Shown here one piece after another: positions 25,901 to 37,900 of a stretch of DNA of 64,000 nucleotides (position 1 is its first letter; the number at the start of each line of letters is the position of its first letter). Origin of the DNA: Heterodontus francisci (lineage: Eukaryota); NCBI RefSeq assembly GCF_036365525.1, contig NC_090393.1, positions 31,747,163 through 31,811,162 on the forward strand, written 5' to 3'. The position numbers and the translations under genes are program-made. Under the pieces are notes generated by a model that was given only the letters and a program-made list of their open reading frames with translations, ran no database searches and was not told the DNA's origin.

Positions 25901-28900
25901 CAAGAGCGACGTCTCAATTCATTCCATCTTCGCTGCCTTCGGAGAATAATTGGCATCAGGTGGCAGGACTATATCTCCAACACAGAAGTCCTTGAAGCGG
26001 CCAACACCCCCAGCTTATACACACTACTGAGTCAGCGGCGCTTGAGATGGCTTGGCCATGTGAGCCGCATGGAAGATGGCAGGATCCCCAAAGACACATT
26101 GTACAGCGAGCTCGCCACTGGTATCAGACCCACCGGCCGTCCATGTCTCCGTTATAAAGACGTCTGCAAACGCGACATGAAATCGTGTGACATTGATCAC
26201 AAGTCGTGGGAGTCAGTTGCCAGCATTCGCCAGAGCTGGCGGGCAGCCATAAAGACAGGGCTAAATTGTGGCGAGTCGAAGAGACTTAGTAGTTGGCAGG
26301 CAAAAAGACAGAGGCGCAAGGGGAGAGCCAACTGTGCAACAGCCCCAACAAACAAATTTCTCTGCAGCACCTGTGGAAGAGCCTGTCACTCCAGAATTGG
26401 CCTTTATAGCCACTCCAGGCGCTGCTTCACAAACCACTGACCACCTCCAGGCGCGTATCCATTGTCTCTCGAGATAAGGAGGCCCAAAAGAAAGAACAGT
26501 AATCCCATATTCCTACCACATCCCCACCTATCCCTATACTTCCCTATCAATAACCTATACTAGGGACAATTTATAATGGCCAATTTACCCATCAACTTGT
26601 AGTTGAAAATCTCATTTTCAGACTCCTTTAGATTGTTTACTTTGTATCCAAGTGTTACCATTTGTAATTGTAATACTGCTTCCAGCTTCTCACTTTTTTT
26701 TTTAAAGTACAAAATTAACCTTAAAGACAAGCTGTTCATTACAAATTGTGTACCTAATGATAATTTGAAAAGCTTTAGTTACAGTCATGAATTTTCACAA
26801 TAGGTACACAAAATTCTTCAGACTTAGCAAAAGAGAATGAATTATTTTATCACAATGAAATGTTACTCAAGCCTGCACTGTGGTGACACCTAAAGTTTAT
26901 CACTTAGAATCATTCACACATGCATTCATTCCCGACTTACTTTATCAACATTTCTGTAGACTTTTTTTTCTGACAATGGATCAACAACTTTTGTAGAAGT
27001 CTGTAGGATTCTGTGATCTGATTCTGTGCTTTCAACACAAGTGCTTTCCTTTAGGGACCATGAAAGAGAAACAAGTGAATGCTATAATATGGAGCCCTAT
27101 GACTCCTGATGTATCGATTAGAATACAGCGCATCTTAGATCTTAGTTAACACAACAAATTTCGTATGGTGTCGGTGAGTTGGAGAATACGGTATTTCATA
27201 ATTGTGTTATAATGCCATTTAACACACAATGGATTATCGGAGCCACTAATTTAGGGTGAATGATTGATTTTGTAATAATATTTGATGCATTCTGGGATAT
27301 TTAACCAGTATTTTAGCGATTAAATTCCACAATTCTAAATCAAAGGACACAATCACTGACCAATGCAAGCAATTGGACCGCTGGGTGGAGCACTACCTCG
27401 AACTGTACTCCAGGGAAAATGTTGTCACTGAGATCGCGCTCAATGCAGCCCAGTCTCTGACAGTCATGGACGAGCTGGACGTACAGCCAACAAAATCGGA
27501 ACTCAGTGATGCCATTGATTCTCTAGCCAACGGAAAAGCCCCTGGAAAGGACGGCATTACCCCTGAAATAATCAAGAGTGCCAAGCCTGTTATTCTTTCA
27601 GCACTCCACGAACTGCTTTACCTGTGCTGGGACAAGGGAGCAGTACCACAGGACATGCGTGATGCCAAGATCATCACCCTCTATAAGAACAAGAGTGACC
27701 ACGGTGACTGCAGCAACTACTGTGGAATCTCCCTGCTCAGCATAGTGGGGAAAGTCTTCGCTTGAGACGCTTTAAACAGGCTCCAGAAGCTGGCTGAGTG
27801 TGTCTACCGAGGCACAGTGTGGCTTTCGAGCAGAGAGATCGACCATTGACATGCTGCTTTCCCTTCGCCAGCTACAGGAGAAATGCCGCGAACAACAGAT
27901 GCCCCTCTACATTGCTTTCATTGATCTCACCAAAGCCTTTGACCTCGTCAACAGACGTGATCTCTTCAGATTACTAGAAAAGATCGGATGTCCACCAAAC
28001 GTATTAAGTATCATCACCTCATTCCATGACAATATGAAAGGCACAATTCAGCATAGCGGCGCCTCATCAGACCCCTTTCCCATCCTGAGTGGCGTGAAAC
28101 AGGGCTGTGTTCTTGCACCTACACTGTTTGGGATCTTCTTCTCCCTGCTGCTCTCACATGCGTTTAAGTCTTCAGAAGAAGGAATTTTCCTCCACACAAG
28201 ATCAGGTGGCAGGTTGTTCAACCTGGCTCGTCCAAAAGCAAATACCAAAGTACGGAAAATCCTCTTCAGGGAACTCCTCTTTGCTGACGATGCTGCTTTA
28301 ACATCTCAAACTGAAGAGCGTCTGCAGAGATTCATCGACAGGATTGCGGCTGCCTGCAACAAATTTGGCCTAACCATCAGCCTCAAGAAAACGAACATCA
28401 TGGGACAGGACGTCAGAAATGCTCCATCCATCAATATCGGCGACCATGCTCTGGAAGTGGTTCAAGAGTTCACCTACCTAGGCTCAACTATCACCAGTAA
28501 CCTGTCTCTCGATGCAGAAATCAACAAGCGCATGGGAAAGGCTTCCACTACTATGTCCATACTGGTCAAGAGTGAGAGAAAATGGCACACTGACACGGAA
28601 CACAAAAGTCCGAGTGTATCAAGCCTGTGTCCTCAGTACCTTGCTCTACAGCAGCGAGGCCTGGACAACGTATGTCAGCCACGAGCGATGTCTCAATTCA
28701 TTCCATCTTCGCTGCCTCCGGAGAATCCTTGGCATCAGGTGGCAGGACCATATCTCCAACACAGAAGTCCTCGAGGCGGCCAACATCCCCAGCATATACA
28801 CCCTACTGAGCCAGCGGCGCTTGAGATGGCTTGGCCATGTGAGCCGCATTGAAGATGGCAGGATCCCCAAGGACACATTGTACAGCGAGCTAGTCACTGG

Positions 28901-31900
28901 TATCAGACCCATCGGCCGTCCATGTCCCCGCTATAAAGACGTCTGCAAACGCGACATGAAGTTCTGTGACATCACAAGTCGTGGGAGTCAGTTGCCAGTG
29001 ATAGCCAGAGCTGACGGGCAGCCATAAAGGCGGGGCTAAAGTGTGGCGTGTCGGAGACTTAGCAGTTGCCAGGAAAAATGACAGAAGCGCAAGGGTAGAG
29101 CCAACTGTGTAACAGCCCCGACAACCAATTTTATCTGCAGCACCTGGGGAAGAGTCTGTCACTCTAGAATTGGCCTATATAGCCACTCCAGGCGCTGCTT
29201 CACAAACCACTGACCACCTCTAGGCGCTTACCCATTGTCTCGAGACAAGGAGGCCAAAGAAGGAAAAGAAGAAGGAATTTAAGGTGAATGATTGCATAAA
29301 TATTATTACAAAATCATTCTGGGATATTTAACCAGTGTTTTAGAAATTAAATTCCACAATTTCATCCAGTTTTTAATGAAAACTGTATACCAGTGGCCTC
29401 CATTAAATGTCACTTTATTTATATACTCAATTCCACCTTTTTTCTTAAAGCCCAGGATTCACAGCAAGATGGCAAGCATCAGGGTGGGCTGGAACAGATG
29501 AGCATCGGCTAGGAGTAATGTGTGGCAGTTTGGTGTTTCTAATAAACTTAAGCATACGATCCCGAACTTGCAGAATGAAAGTTGAGAGAGACATCTCTGA
29601 CAGGAGTTGGGCAATATTATGCGTACGTTCCAATATTTGTTTTACAGATTAGTTTGTAAATTATACTTTTTAAATCTGCATATAGCTTTCAGGGCAAGAG
29701 GAAAAATGGCAGATGATATTTTTTTCAAAAATTCTCCAGCAAATGGTTTGTTTGTTCACCTTCTTTCGAAGGAATTCCTATTAACATTAATATATTTTCA
29801 TTTCAGCAAATAAGGTAGAAGAAATTTAGTTGAGGTAGGACAAACATTTTAACCAGGACAGGCATTTGCATGAGTTATAATGTACCAGCAAAACATGATA
29901 GTCAACAGGAAATTCACACTTCAGTACATTTCCTGTGGGCAGCTTGCCAGTCAGAGGAATTAAAATAATAACCAATATGTTTAAATTCTAAGTATCTATT
30001 TATAAAAAGAGTAATAGTTTTTGAATTCAAGCAAAATAAAGTGAAAGCGGTGATAGACAAAGAAAAAGGCACTATTTGGCTCATTATCCATCACTTATGC
30101 TCTCAATTTAAAAAAGCAGTTGATAACAAAATGTGAAACTTTACCTGAAAAACTTGTTCTACAGATTATTTGCTTTTCTGTTTCAAAATGATTTGGAATC
30201 AAAGTTAGAAAACATATTACATTTATAATCACACAGAAATATAACGGATACCTACTAGGAAATTATGAACATGGCACATACCCAGGCTGGGATTGGAGCA
30301 AATTAGGATGGTTCTAAAGGACAAGCTTGATGAGCAGAAATGCATCAAAGCAGGGGGAGGGTGAAGGGGACAGAGCTGTGGCTTCCAGGCCAGGTTGGTC
30401 TGGGTAGAACTCAGATAGGTGGTGCAGTATGGTGGTGGTGACAGCAGTTGCATGGACAGGCCTGTTTTTAAAATAAAACAGATGGTCTGCATGACATTAC
30501 TCAGGGATGTACCAGGTGTACAGAAGTAGCTGGACCACAAGTATTGACATTGGCATTCTGGTGAAACAATAAGCCTCAGGCACCTCACGCAGGTTAAGCT
30601 TCAAACGATGAAATTTAAGTATAGGAACAAGAGAAGTCTGAAGGCAAGTCAAAAAAATGTAATTCCATTTTCATGTTATAAATTATATTTTTTTTAACCT
30701 GTCAAGTTGGAAGATTGAAGGAGAAACTGTTAAGGGGGAAACTTTTCAAGAAGTATTTTGAACTATTTAACTTTTGTTTCCTTTTATTGGTAGACATTGC
30801 ACACGGACTTTCTCTTGTGCAAAATATTTAGTGCTGAGCTATAATTCTAAGAAAGTTGCAAAGCTTTTGAATTGTAATATTCTATGAATATAAAATTTGA
30901 GCCAAAAACGTAGTAAGATGACTAAAATGGACAGTGTGATGGAGAGATTTCTAAATTCACTTGTAACAGCCCTTCAAAACACTCCCACAGGGGATGCTGA
31001 GACCAAGTGGGCCCACATCAGAGACGCCATCTATGAGTCAGCTTTGACCACCTACGGCAAACGTGCGAAGAGAAATGCAGACTGGTTTCAATCTCATAAT
31101 GAAGAGCTGGAACCTGTCATAGCCGCTAAGAGCACTGCACTGTTGAACTACAAGAAATCCCCCAGCGAGTTAACATCCGTAGCACTTAAAGCAGCCAGAA
31201 GCACTGCACAAAGAACAGCCAGGCGCTGCGCAAACGACTGCTGGCAACACCTATGCAGTCATATTCAGCTAGCCTCAGACACCGGAAACATCAGAGGAAA
31301 CTATGATGGCATTAAGAGCGCTTTTGGGCCAACCATCAAGAAGATTGCCCCCCTCAAATCTAAATCAGGGGACATAATCACTGTCCAACGCAAACAAATG
31401 GACCTCTGGGTTGAGCACTACCTAGAACTGTACTCCAGGGAGAATGTCATCACTGAGACTGCCTTCAATGCAGCCCAGCCTCTACCAGTCATGGATGAGC
31501 TGGACATACAGTCAACAAAATCGGAACTCAGTGATGCCATTGATTTCTCTAGCCAGCAGAAAAGCCCCTGGGAAGGACAGCATTACCCCTGAAATAATCA
31601 AGAGTGCCTAGCCTGCTATACTCTCAGCACTACATGAACTGCTATGCCTGTGCTGGGACGAGGGAGCAGTACCTCAGGACATGCGTGATGCCAATATCAT
31701 CACCCTCTATAAAAACAAAGGTGACTGCAACAACTACCGTGGAAACTCCCTGCTCAGCATAGTGGGGAAAGTCTTTGCTCGAGTCGCTCTAAACAGGCTC
31801 CAGAAGCTGGCCGTGCGCGTCTACCCTGAGGCACAGTGTGGCTTTCGTGCAGAAAGATCGACCGTTGACATGCTGTTCTCCCTTCGTCAAATACAGGAGA

Positions 31901-34900
31901 AATGCCGCAAACAACAAATGCCCCTCCACATTGCTTTCATTGATCTCACCAAAGCCTTTGACCTCGTCAGCAGACGTGGTCTCTTCAGACTACCAGAAAA
32001 GATTGGATGTCCACCAAAGCTACTAAGTATCATCACCTCATTCCATGACAATATGAAAGGCACAATTCAACATGGAGGCACCTCATCAGACCCCTTTCCT
32101 ATCCTGAGTGGCATGAAACAGGGCTGTGTTCTCGCACCCACACTTTTTGGGATTTTCTTCTCCCTGCTGCTTTCACATGCGTTCAAATCTTCTGAAGAAG
32201 GAATTTTCCTCCACACAAGATCAGGGGGCAGGTTGTTCAACCCTGCCCGTCTAAGAGCGAAGTCCAAAGTATGGAAAGTCCTCATCAGGGAACTCCTCTT
32301 TGCTGACGATGCTGCTTTAACATCTCACACTGAAGAGTGCCTACAGAGTCTCATCGACAGGTTTGCGGCTGCCTGCAATGAATTTGGCCTAACCATCAGC
32401 CTCAAGAAAACGAACATCATGGGGCAGGGCGTGTGGGAAAATGGCGCACTGACACGGAACACAAAAGTCCGAGTGTATCAAGCCTGTGTCCTCAGTACCT
32501 TGCTCTACGGCAGCGAGGCCTGGACAACGTATGTCAGCCAAGAGCGATGTTTCAATTCATTCCATCTTCGCTGCCTCCGGAGAATACTTGGCATCAGGTG
32601 GCAGGACCGTATCTCCAACACAGAAGTCCTCGAGGCGGCCAACATCCCCAGCTTGTTCACACTACTGAGTCAGCGGCGCTTGAGATGGCTTGGCCATGTG
32701 AGCCGCATGGAAGATGGCAGGATCCCCAAAGACACATTGTACAGCGAGCTCGCCACTGGTATCAGACCCACCGGCCGTCCATGTCTCCACTTTAAAGACG
32801 TCTGCAAACACGACATGATGTCCTGTGACATGATCACAAGTCGTGGGAGTCAGTTGCCAGCGTTCACCAGAGCTGGCGGGCAGCCATAAAGGCGGGGCTA
32901 AAGTGTGGCGAGTCGAAGAGACTTAGCAGTTGGCAGGAAAAAAGACAAAAGCGCAAGGGGAGAGCCAACTGTGTAACAGCCCCTACAAACAAATTTTTCT
33001 GCAACACCTGTGGAAGAGCCTGTCACTCTAAATTGGCCTTTATAGCCACTCCAGGCGCTGCTCCACAAACCACTGACCACCTCCAGGCGCTTACCCATTG
33101 TCTCTCGAGATAAGGAGGCCAAAGATGGAGAGATAGATACATAAATGGTGTGACATTACACCCGTGAATCAAAAAAGAAACTGCAGGACCAGTTCACTCG
33201 AACTGGGTGCATGTAGTCTATTAGCAGTCAGAGATACTAAAACTCAAGAGACTAACCTACTGACATTAAGGTTATGGAGCAGATGTTTTTCCAGTGGTAC
33301 CCCATCAGCACAACCCCCTCTTCAACACGCTGACCAAAAAAAAAAAAAGCTTACAAAATCCCTGTAAATACATTTTCAAAAACTAGCCATAAGTTTTTCT
33401 ATTTTTTTTTATTAAGGAAAGCAATTTTATTTAATAGTACAAAAAAAATGACCAGGTTTGTTTTTGTAATTCAAGAAAACTAATCAAATCAGCAAAACTC
33501 AGATTCGATTAAGTTCATCAGATCATTCAATTTACACAAATTCCATTCGAAATTGAGCTTCTTTAATTCATTTTTCCAAAAGCATCTAGTTATCCAATCT
33601 TTTTATTGTTGAAAGTAGAATATTTTGACATGAAACTAGTGACAGCTCTGTTATGGGAACAAGAGTAGGCTATTTAGCCACTCAAGTCTGTTGCGCCATT
33701 CAATGCGATCATAGCTGATCTGTGATCTAACATATAGACCCACCTTTGCCCCATATCTCTTAATACCTTTGGTGAACAAAAAACAATCAATCCCAGATTT
33801 AAAATTAACAATTGATCTAGCATCAACTGCTGTCTGCCGAGGATGTTTGGAACTCTCTGCCACTCTTTGTATGTAAAAAACATTTTTACTGAGAACTATT
33901 CCTTGCACTTACCTATACAGTCCTTCTGGTCCATTAAGTGCTGCTATTCCAGGAACAAGGGAGTCAGCTGTATGATACTTCCCATCATTCATTGCTCGAT
34001 TAAACTGTATATTTTGGTCAAATAGCATCCAGAGCTTTTAGGTACAGAAAAAATGATTATAAGCACTGAACTATGCAGAGCTGTAGATGAACAACTGCAC
34101 AACACTATTCTATGCATTTTTAGGTCCAAGATACCAATTAAAATCTTGAGGCGATTTATATGAATTTATAGTACATTGCAACACTCAGTAACCTACAATG
34201 AGATTTCCTGCAGTGTGTATTACAATTCAGGTTCTCTCCAAATACTAGTGTTCACGACCAAAAGGTAGTTTCTATAATAGGACTGATATCTCCACTGAAC
34301 GTAAATGTTTAACATGAATGAGATAAATGTGCTGAGGACCAAGAATTACCCCATTAACACAGCACAGTCACTGAAAACTATATGGACTGCCACCATTTTC
34401 TCAGCATTTCACAGGCATATTTTCAAGCTAGATCATTGCACAGAGACAGAAAAACACGGCATAAAAGTCTAGTGGTAAAATATTTGTCAAACTCAATGCA
34501 AAATCTGTGCCAAAATAATAAGTCTTGAATTTTCAAGAGTTCCTTTCAGTAAGTTGCAAACAGAATCTGAAGAATCATCACTCAGCAAAGAATTCCACAA
34601 ACTTTCTCTAGGTCAAATCCATTGAAATAGACAATGCGTAACAAAGAACTAAACTAGGGCTGCAACTGTTTGCTCTTTGAAACGCAAGCAGTCACACTGA
34701 AAAGAAACAAATAAATAGGCCAGGGCTTTTGTTCCTAATCATGAACCCATGCTAGAAGTGCATTCATGTGGATTCTAGGCATGGACAGGATCCAGCTCAG
34801 CTGTTATAACTCTTCCTTCAGCCTCCCTCTTTCCTTGAAAGGAGTTAAGGAACTCAGCAATGTAGCAGATCACAGTCACAGACTTACAACCCATCAAACT

Positions 34901-37900
34901 GGTGAAGTCAGTTGGTTCTCCAGTTCACTGTCTACTTCCACTGAATCCAATAGGAGGTCTGTAGAGATGGTTGAAACAGAAGCAGGAGCTTTTTATGGTC
35001 ACTGGAAACCCGGATGATTAACTTTCATACAGGTCATCTGTCTCGAGATTTTACAGAAACTGTAATTTAAATGCCAATCCAGCTGTCAGCAGCTTAAGGG
35101 CAACACTGTCTATACTTATAGCTCCCCTCATTCAAAGTAAATACACAAGTATCAATGTGTACAGTTGCTGTTGAGGCATTAACCCTTTCTTCCCAATAGC
35201 CAAACAGCAAAAAAATAAAGTAAGCACTTTTAGACAAGGAATTCTTTATGGACTCAGGGCAGTAAAAACATTGTACACCTGTTCTGAAGAATTGTTACAC
35301 CTTCTGTTAAATGACTGTAATCATTTACAAAATTAAACACCGTCACAAAAAGACGACATCACAATTATCTTCCGTATCAAACAATAAATGTTGGCACAAT
35401 TGTCAGCGTACCTTTGCATGCTGGCTGTGGGGAGGAAACCGATCTTTTAAATGCTTCAGGATTTCAGAAGCAGCCGAGTAGTGACCCTACAAGTCCAAAA
35501 ATACATGTCATTTATGTTGACAGTCACAATCAAGCATATATTTAATATTCAATTGTGTTAGCATTTCTGCTGCTTGGGTCCCTTTTAGGTACGTGAATCA
35601 AATGAAAAAAAAAAATTACATTTCTGTTGTTTTATATTAAATGGAGTTCGATACCCAGTTACTGATATTTTGTGAAGAAAATCATTTCAGGTGCTCTGCT
35701 TCAACTCAAGGTGGAGACTAATCATTATGATTGCCTTTTTAAAAACAAAGGTCATATGATGAATAGCCTTTTGATTAGTACACTTGAGTTGGTTTGGAAG
35801 GGATAACTAATCTGAGAAGTGTGAAAGAGCCAAATTAACAGCATGGAGACAAACTCGAAAGTGCCCAAAATTATGGCCATTTCCATTAATGCTAATTCAG
35901 CTCCCCCTCATGGTCAGGTTTAGTAACTGCTCTTAGCCAAGTAACCTACTGGTTAGCGAAGTCCAAAGTACGGAAAGTCCTCATCAGGGAACTCCTCTTT
36001 GCTGACGATGCTGCTTTAACATCTCACACTGAAGAGTGCCTGCAGAGTCTCATCGACAGATTTGCGGCTGCCTGCAATGAATTTGGCCTAACCATCAGCC
36101 TCAAGAAAACAAACATCATGGGGCAGGACGTCAGAAATGCTCCATCCATCAATATTGGCGACCACGCTCTGGAAGTGGTTCAAGAGTTCACCTACCTAGA
36201 CTCAACTATCACCAGTAACCTGTCTCTAGATGCAGAAATCAACAAGTGCATGGGAAAGGCTTCCACTGCTATGTCCAGACTGGTCAAGAGAGTGTGGGAA
36301 AATGGCGCACTGACATGGAACACAAAAGTCCGAGTGTATCAAGCCTGTGTCCTCAGTACCTTGCTCTATGGCAGCGAGGCCTGGACAACGTATGTCAGCC
36401 AAGAGCGACGTCTCAATTCTTTCCATCTTCGCTGCCTCTGGAAAATACTTGGCATCAGGTGGCAGGACCGTATCTCCAACACAGAAGTCCTCGAGGCGGC
36501 CAACATCCCCAGCATATACACCCTAAGCCACCGGTGCTTGAGATGGCTTGGCCATGTGAGCCGCATGGAAGATGGCAGGATCCCCAAAGACACATTGTAC
36601 AGCGAGCTCACCACTGGTATCAGACCCATTGGCAGTCCATGTCTCCGCTTTAAAGACGTCTGCAAACGCGACATGAAATCCTGTGACATTGGTCACAAGT
36701 CGTGGGAGTCAGTTGCCAGCGTTCGCCAGAGCTGGCGGACAGCCATAAAGGCGGGGCTAAAGTGTGGTAAGTCGAAGAGACTTAGCAGTTGGCAGGAAAA
36801 AAGACAGAGGCGCAAGGGGAGAGCCAATTGTGTAACAGCCCCGACAATCAAATTTTTCTGCAGCACCTGTGGAAGAGCCTGTCACTCTAGAATTGGCCTA
36901 TATAGCCACTCCAGGCGCTGCTCCACACACTACTGACCATCTCCAGGCACTTACCCATTGTCTCTTGAGATAAGGAGGCCAAAGAAGAGGCCATTATAGA
37001 CCCAGAAAAACACATACCCTGTGCAGCTTGACCCAATTCCACATTAAGGTCTTGAAACAGACATTAGGCCCTTGATTTTAGCAACTGACAGACTTCTGGG
37101 AACGGATGGTAAATTGGGAGATTGTACCCAGAAATTAGCCCTCCACAAAATATTTTACGCCCAATAGATAGGTGCAATATCCTCCCTCTCCGGGGAGCTT
37201 ACTCTTTTAAGAAAACTCAGTGACCACAAAATTACTACTTTAACCATGTGACATTATACTGTAATTAGGAAATTGGAAAAATATGATCACAACACTTTTA
37301 GGAAAAATTCTTCAAACAATATTCTTGTGAACTATCTAGCTGAAATTGAGCAAGACAGGCAAGAAAGTGAGAGATTTGACTGCTGGTTTGTGCTTAATAA
37401 ACTGATCTCAGCTTAGACGCAGTAGGGGCACTTTGATTGGCCTCAGTGTACCTTGGGCCAGGGGGGAAAAAGCCCAGATACCTGGTCCTAATCACTATAG
37501 TGAGCTCTGCTGAAGTATGCATGTGAAGATAGGTTTGAGCACAACCATAATGTCCCTTGTGGTAAGAATGGCCACTTGGGCAAGGTAGAGCTGTAGCTCT
37601 ACTCATAGAGCTGTAGCTCATCAAGGTGGCAATGCCTGCAGGAGAAAAGGTTAGACAAAACAAAAGATGGAAAAAAAAAACACAAATCCAACTCACCTGT
37701 TCTGCATGAAGTTCTGCCAGGTGACACAGTACTACAGCCATTGCCTCAGTGTTATTTTGATGGATATCCATGTTTACAGACTCCAGACTGTGCATGTACA
37801 AAAGAAGCTGTGTTTGCTGTAGAGCCATTGTGCTACAATGATAAAAAAGTGAAACACTAAACATTAGCGCTGTGAATTATTTATTAGAAATCATGACAAA

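Noticed and set aside
31681-32889. 402-aa reverse transcriptase ORF as an active or domesticated gene
   Set aside because: 5'-truncated RTE with no endonuclease domain, an internal deletion and frameshifts at both ends.
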